A stretch of DNA of 64,000 nt from Candidatus Tenderia sp. Lineage in GTDB: Bacteria > Pseudomonadota > Gammaproteobacteria > Tenderiales > Tenderiaceae. Both the position numbers and the translations under genes were made by a program. The notes under the pieces were generated by a model. That model saw only the letters and a list, made by a program, of their open reading frames with translations, searched no databases and was not told where the DNA came from. Shown here one piece after another: positions 63,604 through 64,000 of this stretch (the stretch's first letter is position 1; each line of letters opens with the position of its first letter). The stretch lies in assembly GCA_031416075.1 (NCBI GenBank), contig JANOSY010000017.1:96001-160000 (forward strand), given 5' to 3'.

Positions 63604-64000
63604 TTATCGCAGCATCAGCCCGAGGTTAAGCGACAGCGACTCCCAGTTCACCTCATTCAGGCGTGTACTACCCACATCACCGTCCGAAAAGTAGATGGTG
63701 TCTACGCCATGATCAGTAGTCCAATTGCCATAGTCGACCCCCACCAGCCACGAGATATGCCTGTTCAGCGGCGACGTAACATTAAAGGCAACCGTCACAC
63801 CCTGGCCATTCGCACTATGTGTGTAGCTTTTAGGGTGGGCAAAATCGGTCCGCAGATTCCAGTCCGCCACCGCGTCGTAGCGCACCATATGGTATTTCAC
63901 ATCCAGCACCAGCTTTAGCCCGCTGGCCAACGACTCATTCACAAAACTCATCCCACCCCATACACCGCGCCACTCGGTATCATAACTGGAGTTCAGCCCC
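63604..64000 (-). CDS. 3' part of an outer-membrane beta-barrel protein (possibly omptin-like), cut by the window edge
   Basis: Amphipathic strands, [21 protein letters not shown]. Confidence 0.55.
   Translation of the reverse strand, partial: GLNSSYDTEWRGVWGGMSFVNESLASGLKLVLDVKYHMVRYDAVADWNLRTDFAHPKSYTHSANGQGVTVAFNVTSPLNRHISWLVGVDYGNWTTDHGVDTIYFSDGDVGSTRLNEVNWESLSLNLGLMLR

Overview
Gammaproteobacterial chromosomal window. The core backbone is moaCA, Kelch-moeB, rpsU-yqeY-dnaG-rpoD-tRNA-Ile(CAT), an RND pump, amgK/lptD-surA-pdxA-rsmA and glyQS-gmhB-plsC. Three accessory zones interrupt it. (1) 8.7-14.25 kb is a decayed P2-like element at the tRNA. It keeps an att-like IHF site with tandem arm-type repeats, an AbiF/Abi_2 HEPN gene preceded by three copies of a structured non-coding element, a decayed abi paralog, an AT-rich translationally coupled three-gene operon ending in a PD-(D/E)xK nuclease (best candidate for an undescribed anti-phage system), and a truncated gpA that retains the P2-type nick origin. 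(2) 27.6-31.9 kb is a cargo hotspot with mazEF, an attC-bearing cassette, an amidase-lipoprotein pair, a REP pair, a methyltransferase and a multi-hairpin non-coding block. It lies between a permease-fused hybrid kinase/LuxR pair and the porin-urtABCDE-ure operon that pair probably regulates. (3) The urease operon carries a palindromic repeat family, two near-perfect inverted copies of which bracket a small GIY-YIG nuclease gene. All calls come from reading motifs by eye; no searches were run.
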